Assembly (NCBI GenBank): GCA_030141605.1
Contig: JAQGDQ010000659.1
Span: 53,421-117,420, forward strand
Length of the DNA stretch: 64,000 nucleotides
DNA from: Tubiluchus corallicola
Lineage: Eukaryota > Animalia > Priapulida
Reading direction: 5' to 3'
Positions 52,098 to 64,000 of this stretch are shown one piece after another (positions within the stretch are counted from its first letter, which is position 1; each line of letters starts with the position of its first letter). The notes beneath the pieces are model-generated. The model ran no database searches. It saw nothing but the letters and a program-made list of their open reading frames with translations, and was not told where the DNA came from. Made by a program: the position numbers and the translations under genes.

Positions 52098-52581
52098 CAG
52101 GGGTGTGCAAATTATCTGACTAGCCGGGCCACATTAAACTTTCCCGTAATTCCTGCGGGCCACAGGCAGTTTGATCAAGGAGCCAAGTACAGAAAGGCCT
52201 AATAACGATTTTTTTTGCATCCGACCTGCGTACATCATTACTACTACACTCAAGAAACTATTTTAGAAGTTATTAAAATTTATATTATAAACCATATATT
52301 TCTACTTTCAGGACAGATAGTGGTAATTTCATTACGATGCATATTAGTAATGTGTATCACACAGTCTGTGTAGTACAGTGACATTAAGCTACAACCGTCT
52401 TGTAAGGGTTAATGGCATCCGATCTAGTAGAAAAAAACTACCCGCACTATCTTTGGGATCGTGGCACGGACTTCAGCTGGATACACTCAATTAATCACCC
52501 GGGCCGCACTTTCATTAGGTTGACAAATCTCTTCGCGGGCCGCACAAATTCTCTCGGCGGGTCGCAATTTGCACACCCCTG
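52098..52581. mobile_element. hAT-type MITE (family A)
   Basis: CAGGGGTGTGCAAATT ... AATTTGCACACCCCTG; closely similar to the 8164 copy; no TSD visible. Confidence 0.88.
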
Positions 52582-52947
52582 CATTATTCTATCCTACAAA
52601 CACACTAGTAACGTAAACAGTGCAATTATAATATACAATTTTGCTTCCCGACTGCCTACTAAGTAACAAATACTAGCCGCTTGTATGAAGCCAGAAAAAT
52701 GGCCGCAAACAGCAAAGGAATTCTGATTGTAACCCGTTCCCATAGCAACCAGACTAGATAAAATTTGCAAGATCGCCCCCGGGCGAGTCAGTGTTTGTCG
52801 TTTAGCGGATGCCCAAGCCCAGATGTTAACAAAAGAGAAACCGCCAGTTTGCTACTGGTAAGAAGGTGCTTTCATACAAGCAGAAAGAGATTAATTAGTA
52901 GAAATATAAATAAAACTCATAAAATGTGTAATTTATATGACTTAAGC

Positions 52948-53327
52948 CAGGGGTGTGCAAATTATCTGACTAGCCGGGCCACATTAAACATTCCCGCAAT
53001 TCCTGTGGGTCACATGCAGTTTGGTCAACGAGCCAAGTACAGTAGGACCTTTTTTGCATCCGACTTGTGCACATCATCACTACTGCACTACTACACTCAT
53101 GGAACTATTTTAGAAGTTATTAAAATTTATATTAAAAACCACATATTTCGTCATGTCCGACAGTGACATTAAGTGACAACTGTCTTGTAAGGGTTAATGC
53201 CATCTGGTGAGGAAAAAACTACCCGCACTATCTTTGCGATATTGGCGCAGACTTCAGCTGGATCGCGTGGGCCGCACTTTCATTACGTTGACAAACCTCT
53301 TCGCAGGCCGCAGTTTGCACACCCCTG
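52948..53327. mobile_element. hAT-type MITE (family A), nested in a pogo/Tigger-like element
   Basis: TIRs plus perfect 8-bp TSD ACTTAAGC. Confidence 0.92.
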
Positions 53328-53939
53328 ACTTAAGCAGTATTACTATCTGTGAAGTCTTGGCTTCGTTTAACGACGTTTGCTGCAATGCATTAGCGTCGTT
53401 AAGCGAGGACTTAATGTAGATTCTACACTAAATGTCTGATAAGCAGGTAAATTCCTATATTGTCGAAAACATCTCACTAAACTAACGAATCAAGAAGAGC
53501 GTTTTCAAAATACAGACCAACAAAAAAAAAATCAAACATTTTTTGATCTGAACTTCGAAGGGATATTGTTCTTGACAAACTGGAGGAACTCATTGGTAAC
53601 TTATTTTTAAAATTTTATTTTAATTCGAATTAGTGTCATGACGGTACAGAAAAAATTATAACCGCAATATGTCAGCCCTGCTTCGTGGCTAAACCGGAGC
53701 TACGTATAGAGAGAATAGAGCGAAGACAGCTGTAAAGTCACATTCACACTTTTAAAAAAAGTTTAAATTACCGTTTAACTACAGTACGTGCTTTTTTAAC
53801 AGATACTGTTTTAAGACAAGATGTACTCTAAGTTTTTTCAAAGCTATTTAGGAAACAATAATCAATCATAAAATTGAAATACAACTGGCGTAAGTGGTTT
53901 GAATCAAGCAGCATACCAACAGATGAGTTGTGCTGTGTT

Positions 53940-54446
53940 GGGATGAGAACGACAAATTGCAAAAAACTCTGAAACAGGCCAGGGGTTTGGGGACCGTGTA
54001 GGGCCCCATGGGGGTTCAAGGGGAGCAAAACCTCTTTAGAGCCAGTTTTGCAATTTTGTGACCACAGAAGTGGACTTAAAATATCAATTACCTTGTTTCA
54101 TGCATAATTTAAAATACCCAACTATCAAGGATACATGATGCCTAATTGTCTCAAAAACGCCTAAGTACTGGCCACTCCTATGCAAAAGTATAAAAAACTG
54201 TCTGCAATTGACTCAAATAACTCCGCACAATTGATTCTATATTTTTATACATAGAGATATACACGTGGTTACACTGATGTACGTGATGTAAACAAAGTGA
54301 CGGCCTGCCAACTAGCGGTCAGCTTGTGAAATAATGTACTGGCCAGTAAAAATTTTCTCAACGAATTTACGCGATTTACAAAAATGGCACTACTGGTCTT
54401 CCAAAAACTCGGAATTCCTCGTATCCGCAGAAAATTCTCATCCCTG
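53940..54446. mobile_element. hAT-like MITE (family K); second copy begins at 35161
   Basis: GGGATGAGAA ... ATTCTCATCCCTG termini; first about 200 bp shared with 35161-35380. Confidence 0.65.
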
Positions 54447-54600
54447 GTGTTACGTTCTCAGAATTTCATCCTTCACACATTTCAAGTAACTCATTATATT
54501 TGACAAACATCCATAATCGGGCCATAGATTCAGTAATGTCTGACAAAATGTTTTCAGAAATGTAAAAAAATATTTTCTACGGTCACATAAGGACACTCAC

Positions 54601-54694
54601 ATTCACGGTCTCAAGGTCCAGCTTATTCGTAAACTCCATGCCAACGTGGTACAGCGCTCCGTTGCTCCAGTCACCAAACCAGTTCAAGACACAT
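54601..54694 (-). CDS. DYNC1H1: Dynein HC exon
   Basis: [31 protein letters not shown]; |GTGAGT donor; 94 nt. Confidence 0.95.
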
Positions 54695-55891
54695 CTAAAC
54701 GATAATGCAAGTCAGAAATCCAAAGTCAAATACCTGTTTAGACGTTTAAGCTAAAGATAATTAGTCTGTTGAACTGTCTTTGAAGTTTATCATAGCCGAT
54801 GCTATTTAGTTCTATAAAGACGTCATGACGTAAATTGTCAACATTAACCTTAATTTAAATTCGGAGAAATGTTGATTAAGGTTGTAACGGTACGCAAATG
54901 TCATGATACGATAAATATCACGATACTAACCTCACGGTACGATATGATACGCATCACGATACACCGTTTGTCAGCTTCACAAAAAAAAACTTGATGAAGC
55001 CATTGATAATAAATGTTAAACATATTTTATCAATCTATAATTTTAGGACTACTAAATGCTAAAATAACTTAACAAACTGTTTGGTATTCATTTATCACTT
55101 GTGCAATGTGTAGGCTATTGTTTGCATTGTGAACCACCAGAAAAGCAAAATGTATCAATAATTTAGGTTTAAAAGTTACTTGTGCATTTTCTGGTTCATT
55201 TCTGCCATTTCACAAGTTTATATGCAAACAACGTAATTTGCCCACTACAGATTAAACATCTGCCGTTTTCAACGGCTTTGGCTGCTAGCAGAGACTGTGT
55301 TAAGTCAACTACTGTTCGGTGAACTGATTGTTAAGTATCTACAGTAGACAGCACTGTACATTTCTTACTGTCACATGATTCTAACACATGACTCATCACT
55401 TCTACAAACAGATTCTTGATGGACAGACAGACCGACATACAAACTTCTCCCTATATTACATATTGCGTTTCTTACAATTGTTACTTTTCGCTTTCACCAT
55501 TTTGTTTATAGTTTCCACAGTTCAAGAGAAATATTTCATCGTGCGGGGGAAAACGGGAAACATTTGTCCCCCAATTTTTTTGGTGGGGCCACGAAATTAT
55601 AGCAGTGGCGGCAAAATCGAGTAATACGAATGACCTTTGTAAGACTAATTTTTACTAGTGGGTCGAATACTTGTTTGCAAATCTTTCAATCTCAATTCGA
55701 ATTCGATTTGAATTCAAAACACTGAAGTGCGGTTCGATTCTAATTCACTTTCTGTTAGAGAATGCTCGCCCCTAATCATGATGCATCGATGTATAGTTAC
55801 AGGCCTTACACTGATGCAGCTCCTAGAAATCACAGTCTGACCGTCCTGGTAAAGTCCTGCACAAAGTGGACATGCTCTACTTTTACTTTTA

Positions 55892-56020
<129 letters not shown>

Positions 56021-56339
56021 TCAGACACGATAAAGAAAATTTAATCGACTGACCACAGTGACCACTGTTCAAGCATTTGTAGTTTCAGCTGAGATCCAGC
56101 CAGTTTATTTTTACAGTCGACCTAGGCAATAAGAAATTAGCGTTAGTCGTGCCAGCCGCTCAGTGATTGGAGTCCAGCTAGCCGACACTTTTGCCGGCTG
56201 CAAAGATTTCTGCTCTTGCGATACTCATGTGACACTGCAAATCACTGGTTGAAATATGGCAAGCACATTGCGGATTTGCAGTCAGATTGTGCTGCGTGTG
56301 CTGGCAGAGATTTATCATTTATTTAGTTAACAAAAATTT

Positions 56340-56832
56340 ACAGCTTTAGCTGACTTAGCTGATTTTTTCTTTAAGCCAACTCAGTTGAAAAGTCAGTCAA
56401 CCTCGAATGAGCTCGCTGATTTACTGTGTGAGTCAGCGGATGTAGTAGCAACTGACTCAGCTTCAGCCGAGCTAGCTGATTTACTGTGTGAGTCAGCGGA
56501 TGTAGTAGCAACTGACTCAGCTTCAGCCGAGCTAGCTGATTTACTGTGTGAGTCAGCAGATGTAGTAGCAACTGACTCAGCTTCAGCTGAGCTAGCTGAT
56601 TTACTGTGTGAGTCAGCAGATGTAGAAGCAACTGACTCAACTTCAGCCGAGCTAGCTGATTTACTGTGTGAGTCAGCTGATGTAGTAGCAACTGACTCAG
56701 CTTTAGTCAAGCCAGCTGATTTACTGTGTGAGTCAGCTGCTGTAGTAGCAACTGACTCAGCTTCAGCCAAGCTAGGTGATTTACTGTGTGAGTCAGGTGA
56801 TGTAGTACCGACTGACTCAGCTTCAGCCTCTG
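56340..56832. repeat. 60-bp minisatellite (about 7 copies) with leader
   Basis: Unit cttcagccgagctagctgatttactgtgtgagtcagcggatgtagtagcaactgactcag. Confidence 0.96.
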
Positions 56833-57692
56833 TGCAGTAGATAACAAGTATTGCAAATTCTTTATCAGACGAACGTATTGGTTATTCATTTTTAAATTCT
56901 ATCTTTCTATCTTTAATTCTATAATAACATCTTTATTCTATATTTAAATGAACAGAAAACTCACAAGTCACATTTTCATAGCTTTGATACTGATAGTTTA
57001 TAAATCTGCAAAGAAATCACTTCAAGTGGGCGTAAGGCCCTGGGTTCAATTTTCAAGCTAGGTTATCGATATTTTCTCAAACATAAGGTTGTTGGTTCAA
57101 TTCTGGGGCCGTACTCTTGTAAATTTTCTCTGTAGTTGTCTTTGCAATTACAATTCTTTCAGGCAGCAGATAGCTTCAATCACAAGAAAACAGTCTCCAT
57201 AAATAAACGTTAAAATTTCTTCTTGAGATTTTATGATACTTACATGTTGCCTCATTACACGCAGAGCTTGCATTAGCAGTAACGCTGTACAAAACTTATA
57301 CATTTAAACTTCCGTGAAATCCGTTAGGCTCAGCCATTTTAAAAGTAAGTCATTTCAAACAAGTTTAGATAACATTGCGTAAAGTTAGAAAAAATAATCA
57401 GAGAATTCGCAGCGTACTCTTCACTAACAAAGCAAAAGTATAAATTACGTCACATTGTCAATATGACCAATTTTGTGTATCTTGGTGAGTCAATGGTGTA
57501 CACTGGGATTGTGAAACAGTGACATTTTACCAGTTGGCATGAACATTTTGAATAATTAAGAATTTTCCTTTCCAATTGCATAAGTATAATGCTAATATAA
57601 TACTATAACTAATATAACGTTGAACGGGAAAATTCTTTGGCAAAAATTTTAAAATTCTCCCTTCTTCCCGTTTAAACAAACAAAAGCCCCAC

Positions 57693-57815
57693 CTGTTGAG
57701 TGAACCATTTATACAACTCCTCGCTGCTGTCCAACATCAATCCTTGACGCTGACTTCCCTCTTTGCACTGAGTCATCAACGTGGTGTATTCGTCTCCCTC
57801 GAACAGTCCAGGCAC
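57693..57815 (-). CDS. DYNC1H1: Dynein HC exon (AAA4)
   Basis: [41 protein letters not shown]; tttag| ... |GTGGGG; 123 nt. Confidence 0.95.
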
Positions 57816-58699
57816 CTAAACAAAGTCAACTTTAACTTCCACACCAGCAGCGCCATCTACGAATCACATTTGCAGCTGTTGAAAAGCCTCAACACATTAA
57901 ACACATGTATGGTAGCTTTGCTATTACCAATGATACATTTTCACAGGAAACAGGTTAAGAGCATCGATATGTTTTAAATATAGTTTTTAGTTTTTTTAGT
58001 TCTCATTGTAAGTGAAATAAATTGCAATTAATGCATTAAGTAAACCTTTCGTTCAAAAATTTCATTAAACGAATTTAATTGACATGAAACGTGCGCAAAA
58101 TCGTCCATAAGTCAGCAATTAAGTTTTTCTAGTTATTCACATATCCTGAATCTCCATTTCATGAGGATCATTTTGATACCAAGTTCATCACTCTATGTTA
58201 TTTCTAAGCTGAGATAATCCACGTTGAAGTTGAGGTGCAGGCTGCACACTGAAAAACATAATCTTGAGAAAATCAATGTTAAAGTCAGCCATTGTTTTCT
58301 GTCGCGTCTCTACAAAACACTTAGCAACCGCGCAAATGTTGGTTGTTACGGATTTTGCAAAAACACGTTGAAGTTATGTTTAAATCCGGTAGATGGCTCT
58401 TCATGACGAAGATCTGGGCTTGAGAACAAAAAAAACCTGAAGCAAAATGACTACTTCGACGAGCTACAAGCAAAGTTTGAACATTTTCCTGATGATGCTA
58501 GAATATGAAAGTCCAATATATTTAGCATTTGTTCTTATAAGAAAAAATTGACATTTGACCGAAATCTTAGTGCCTTGTAGTTTGAAGCATTATAATGTAC
58601 TTTTAACTACGCCTGTCGACTTATGGACGGTTTTGAGTTGCAAGCATACAAATAATAAATTTCTGCTACTGGTGCTGAAACATTTTAGTAGTTATTAAT

Positions 58700-58968
58700 A
58701 TTAATAGTAATAATCTTTATTTAAAATCGGCTTTTAGATAAATCATTTACATAACCTCCCAAGCTTTTTGCAGACTATAAATCGCAATCTATAACTACAT
58801 AACTCTTAGAGGCTATTATTACCCCACTTTTGCCCTAAATGCCACGTGCGAGGCAAGGCGACAGCAGGTACCATTTTTAAAGCCTTTGGTACGACCTGGC
58901 CACTGTATCGAACTCGCAACCTTTCAGACGGAAAGCGGATGCGTTACCGCTGGACTATACCATCTGGT
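58700..58968 (-). mobile_element. tRNA-derived SINE, same family as 33368-33646 (related diverged copy about 14930-15118, minus strand)
   Basis: Reverse complement of the head, core and tail. Confidence 0.78.
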
Positions 58969-59340
58969 TAAATTACAACTATTCTAACGCAACCACTTTT
59001 AGAAAATTTTAAGGGTTTCAAGACTATATTAGTCCAAACTACAAGAACAAAATAATTTGTTATCATAAGGAAAGCATTTTTATAACAAACAAACAAACAA
59101 ACAAACAAAAAGAGAGGACTAACATACAGGTATCCTCATTTTCTGGCCAAAAACTATAAAATGGATTAGCAAGATGATAATACATTTCTAAAAACTGCAA
59201 CAAATGCGGCTAAAATACGCGAAAGTACTAAAATTTCTATGAATGAAGAGACAAAAATTAGAATTTTGACTGACAGTGACATCGACTAAACTCTCTGACA
59301 CTGACAGTCTAGGCACACATTAGTGCCCGACACAACGTAC

Positions 59341-59502
59341 CTCTCCGTTAGCCAGCAGCGTGTTCATTCTCTCCAGGAATCCGGATTCCAGTACGTTCGA
59401 TTCGTCCATGATGAAGGCGATCTTCTCGTCACGGCAACCGGAGCGGCGCAGGACGGTTCTCAAATCTTCATCAAAATCGGCTGCTGTGTATTTGTTGTGA
59501 AC
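59341..59502 (-). CDS. DYNC1H1: Dynein HC exon (AAA4 Walker B)
   Basis: [54 protein letters not shown]; tttag| ... |GTACGT; 162 nt. Confidence 0.96.
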
Positions 59503-59679
59503 CTAAATAATTAAACAACATGTCATAAAATGAACAGGTGACAACAGACTTCCACGAAAGCTACAAACTTTTCTGTGTTTAAGCAACACAAATTATTTAG
59601 AAATTTGTCTCCATAATTTAACAGTTAACTAATTATATATAATTATTTTATTTATCTTTTAGTTAGCTAAAAAAAAATT

Positions 59680-62600
59680 GCAGCTTTAGCTGACTTAGCT
59701 GATTTTTTTCTTTAAGCCAACTAAGCTGAAAAATTAGTCAACTTCAGCCGAGTTAGCTGAAAAATTAGTCAACTTCAGCCGAGTTAGCTGAAAAATTAGT
59801 CAACTTCAGCCGAGTTAGCTGATTTGAGTCAGCTGATGTAGTAGCAACTGACTGAATTTCAGCCTCTATTAAGCCAACTCAGCTGAAAAATTAGTCAACT
59901 TCGGCCGAGTTAGCTGATTTGAGTCAGCTGATGTAGTAGCAACTGACTGAATTTCAGCCTCTATTCAGCCAACTCAGCTGAAAAATTAGTCAACTTCGGC
60001 CGAGTTAGCTGATTTGAGTCAGCTGATGTAGTAGCAACTGACTGAATTTCAGCCTCTATTCAGCCAACTCAGCTGAAAAATTAGTCAACTTCGGCCGAGT
60101 TAGCTGATTTGAGTCAGCTGATGTAGTAGCAACTGACTGAATTTCAGCCTCTATTAAGCCAACTCAGCTGAAAAATTAGTCAACGGGCGAGTTAGCTGAT
60201 TTGAGTCAGCTGATGTAGTAGCAACTGACTGAATTTCAGCCTCTATTAAGCCAACTCAGCTGAAAAATTAGTCAATTTCGGCCGAGTTAGCTGATTTGAG
60301 TCAGCTGATGTAGTAGCAACTGACTGAATTTCAGCCTCTATTCAGCCAACTAAGCTGAAAAATTAGTCAACTTCGGCCGAGTTAGCTGATTTGAGTCAGC
60401 TGATGTAGTAGCAACTGACTGAATTTCAGCCTCTATTCAGCCAACTAAGCTGAAAAATTAGTCAACTTTGGCCGAGTTAGCTGATTTGAGTTAGCTGATG
60501 TAGTAGCAACTGACTGAATTTCAGCCTCTATTCAGCCAACTCAGCTGAAAAATTAGTCAACTTTGGCCGAGTTAGCTGATTTGAGTCAGCTGATGTAGTA
60601 GCAACTGACTGAATTTCAGCCTCTATTAAGCCAACTCAGCTGAAAAATTAGTCAACTTTGGCCGAGTTAGCTGATTTGAGTCAGCAGATGTAGTAGCAAC
60701 TGACTGAATTTCAGCCTCTATTCAGCCAACTCAGCTGAAAAATTAGTCAACTTTGGCCGAGTTAGCTGATTTGAGTCAGCAGATGTAGTAGCAACTGACT
60801 GAATTTCAGCCTCTATTCAGCCAACTAAGCTGAAAAATTAGTCAACTTTGGCCGAGTTAGCTGATTTGATGCAGCTGATGTAGTAGCACCTGACTGAATT
60901 TCAGCCTCTATTCAGCCAACTAAGCTGGAAAATTAGTCAACTTCGGCCGAGTTAGCTGATTTGAGTCAGCTGATGTAGTAGCAACTGACTGAATTTCAGC
61001 CTCTATTAAGCCAACTCAGCTGAAAAATTAGTCAACGGGCGAGTTAACTGATTTGAGTCAGCTGATGTAGTAGCAACTGACTGAATTTCAGCCTCTATTC
61101 AGCCAACTAAGCTGGAAAATTAGTCAACTTTGGCCGAGTTAGCTGATTTGAGTCAGCTGATGTAGTAGCAACTGACTGAATTTCAGCCTCTATTCAGCCA
61201 ACCACTGAAAAATTAGTCAACTTTGGCCGAGTAGCTGATTTGAGTCAGCTGATGTAGTAGCAACTGACTGAATTTCAGCCTCAATTCAGCCAACTAAGCT
61301 GGAAAATTAGTCAACTTTGGCCGAGTTAGCTGATTTGAGTCAGCTGATGTAGTAGCAACTGACTGAATTTCAGCCTCTATTCAGCCAACTCAGCTGAAAA
61401 TTAGTCAACTTTGGCCGAGTTAGCTGATTGAGTCAGCTGATGTAGTAGCAACTGACTGAATTTCAGCCTCTATTCAGCCAACTGCTGAAAAATTAGTCAA
61501 CTTTGGCCATACGATGAGTCAGCTATGTATAGCAACTGACTGAATTTCGCTCTATTCACAACTCAGCTGAAAAATAGTCAACTTTGGCCGAGTTAGCTGA
61601 TTTGAGTCAGCTGATGTAGTAGCAACTGACTGAATTTCAGCCTCTATTCAGCCAACTAAGCTGAAAAATTAGTCAACTTTGGCCGAGTTAGCTGATTTGA
61701 TGCAGCTGATGTAGTAGCACCTGACTGAATTTCAGCCTCTATTCAGCCAACTAAGCTGGAAAATTAGTCAACTTCGGCCGAGTTAGCTGATTTGAGTCAG
61801 CTGATGTAGTAGCAACTGACTGAATTTCAGCCTCTATTAAGCCAACTCAGCTGAAAAATTAGTCAACGGGCGAGTTAACTGATTTGAGTCAGCTGATGTA
61901 GTAGCAACTGACTGAATTTCAGCCTCTATTCAGCCAACTAAGCTGGAAAATTAGTCAACTTTGGCCGAGTTAGCTGATTTGAGTCAGCTGATGTAGTAGC
62001 AACTGACTGAATTTCAGCCTCTATTCAGCCAACTCAGCTGAAAAACGAGTCAACTTTGGCCGAGTTAGCTGATTTGAGTCAGCTGATGTAGTAGCAACTG
62101 ACTGAATTTCAGCCTCTATTCAGCCAACTCAGCTGAAAAATTAGTCAACTTCGGCCGAGTTAGCTGATTTGAGTCAGCTGATGTAGTAGCAACTGACTGA
62201 ATTTCAGCCTCTATTCAGCCAACTAAGCTGGAAAATTAGTCAACTTCGGCCGAGTTAGCTGATTTGAGTCAGCTGATGTAGTAGCAACTGACTGAATTTC
62301 AGCCTCTATTAAGCCAACTCAGCTGAAAAATTAGTCAATTCGGCCGAGTTAGCTGATTTGAGTCAGCTGATGTAGTAGCAACTGACTGAATTTCAGCCTC
62401 TATTCAGCCAACTAAGCTGAAAAATTAGTCAACTTCGGCCGAGTTAGCTGATTTGAGTCAGCTGATGTAGTAGCAACTGACTGAATTTCAGCCTCTATTC
62501 AGCCAACTCAGCTGAAAAATTAGTCAACTTCGGCCGAGTTAGCTGATTTGAGTCAGCAGATGTAGTAGCAACTGACTGAATTTCAGCCTCTATTCAGCCA

Positions 62601-63562
62601 ACTCAGCTGAAAAATGAGTCAACTTTGCCAACAAAAACAACCACCAACAAAAAACAACCGCCGAGTTAGCTGATTTGAGTCAGCTGATGTAGTAGCAACT
62701 GACTGAATTTCAGCCTCTATTCAGCCAACTAAGCTGTAGCTGAAAAATTAGTCAACTTCGGCCGAGTTAGCTGATTTGAGTCAGCTGATGTAGTAGCAAC
62801 TGACTGAATTTCAGCCTCTATTCAGCCAACTCAGCTGAAAAATTAGTCAACTTCAGCCGAGTTAGCTGATTTGAGTCAGCTGATGTAGTAGCAACTGACT
62901 GAATTTCAGCCTCTATTCAGCCAACTCAGCTGAAAAATTAGTCAACTTTGGCCGAGTTAGCTGATTTGAGTCAGCAGATGTAGTAGCAACTGACTGAATT
63001 TCAGCCTCTATTCAGCCAACTCAGCTGAAAAATTAGTCAACTTCGGCCGAGTTAGCTGATTTGAGTCAGCTGATGTAGTAGCAACTGACTGAATTTCAGC
63101 CTCTATTCAGCCAACTAAGCTGAAAAATTAGTCAACTTTGGCCGAGTTAGCTGATTTGAGTCAGCTGATGTAGTAGCAACTGACTGAATTAGCTCATTCA
63201 GCCAACTAGCTGAAAATAGTCACCGCAGTTAGCGAGAGCACTGATAGCAACTGACTGAATTTCAGCCTCTATTCAGCCAACTAAGCTGAAAAATTAGTCA
63301 ACTTTGGCCGAGTTAGCTGATTTGAGTCAGCTGATGTAGTAGCAACTGACTGAATTTCAGCCTCTATTAAGCCAACTCAGCTGAAAAATTAGTCAACTTC
63401 GGCCGAGTTAGCTGATTTGAGTCAGCAGATGTAGTAGCAACTGACTGAATTTCAGCCTCTATTCAGCCAACTCAGCTGAAAAATTAGTCAACTTTGGCCG
63501 AGTTAGCTGATTTGAGTCAGCTGATGTAGTAGCACCTGACTGAATTTCAGCCTCTATTCAGC
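59680..63562. repeat. 95-bp satellite, about 39 copies
   Basis: Unit tcagccaactcagctgaaaaattagtcaacttcggccgagttagctgatttgagtcagctgatgtagtagcaactgactgaatttcagcctctat. Confidence 0.97.
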
Positions 63563-63595
63563 ATGGTGACACAGACTGATCACAAACACCAATCA

Positions 63596-63856
<261 letters not shown>

Positions 63857-63880
63857 CTAAACGAAAGAAGATGATTGAAC

Positions 63881-63975
63881 ACTGCTAGAAACATCAAGAT
63901 GGACGCTGGTTCTTCAACTGCTAGAAACATCAAAATGGACGCTGGTTCTTCAACTGCTAGGAACATCAAAATGGT
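63881..63975. repeat. 36-bp tandem repeat, about 2.6 copies, next to an acceptor
   Basis: Unit actgctagaaacatcaagatggacgctggttcttca. Confidence 0.85.
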
Positions 63976-64000
63976 ATGCTGTGCTTGCAATTAATGTGTG

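Larger units (their letters stand above)
51392..53416. mobile_element. pogo/Tigger-like non-autonomous element hosting nested MITEs; sister copy about 42400-43775
   Basis: TA-TAGTAAGTCCTCCCTTAACGAC ... GTCGTTAAGCGAGGACTTAATG-TA; internal segments shared with the sister copy. Confidence 0.72.

Noticed and set aside
56371-56889. Repeat ORFs on both strands (SADVVATDSA...)
   Set aside because: 60-bp satellite translation, open on both strands.
61190-63250. Degenerate units and an A/C-rich insert (about 61500-61570, 62629-62660, 63185-63250) in the 95-bp satellite
   Set aside because: Clustered single-base deletions and low-complexity filler amid otherwise homogeneous units look like unpolished long-read or assembly errors; raw reads are needed.

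Overview
AT-rich, intron-rich animal (metazoan) genomic DNA. The whole window lies inside a cytoplasmic dynein-1 heavy chain gene (DYNC1H1 orthologue) on the minus strand. I traced 31 consecutive exons by hand (63856 down to 579; 4812 nt, 1604 codons) with consistent intron phases and no stops. They cover AAA4, the stalk/MTBD, AAA5, the buttress, AAA6 and part of the C-terminal region; both gene ends lie outside the window. One intron is GC-AG. The introns hold non-autonomous DNA transposons (hAT-, piggyBac-, Kolobok- and Tc1/pogo-like MITEs, several with clear TSDs and nesting), tRNA-derived SINEs, a 5S-rRNA/RTE-derived SINE-like element, a LINE 3' fragment and many mostly unrelated minisatellites. 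Two things stand out. (1) Many minisatellites sit at exon borders, and four duplicate the exon edge plus its splice site 10-18 times, giving arrays of decoy donors or acceptors. (2) An intronless antisense nested ORF encodes a mucin-like type I membrane protein. TE superfamily names come from TIR/TSD signatures and my recall of consensus sequences, not from database searches.
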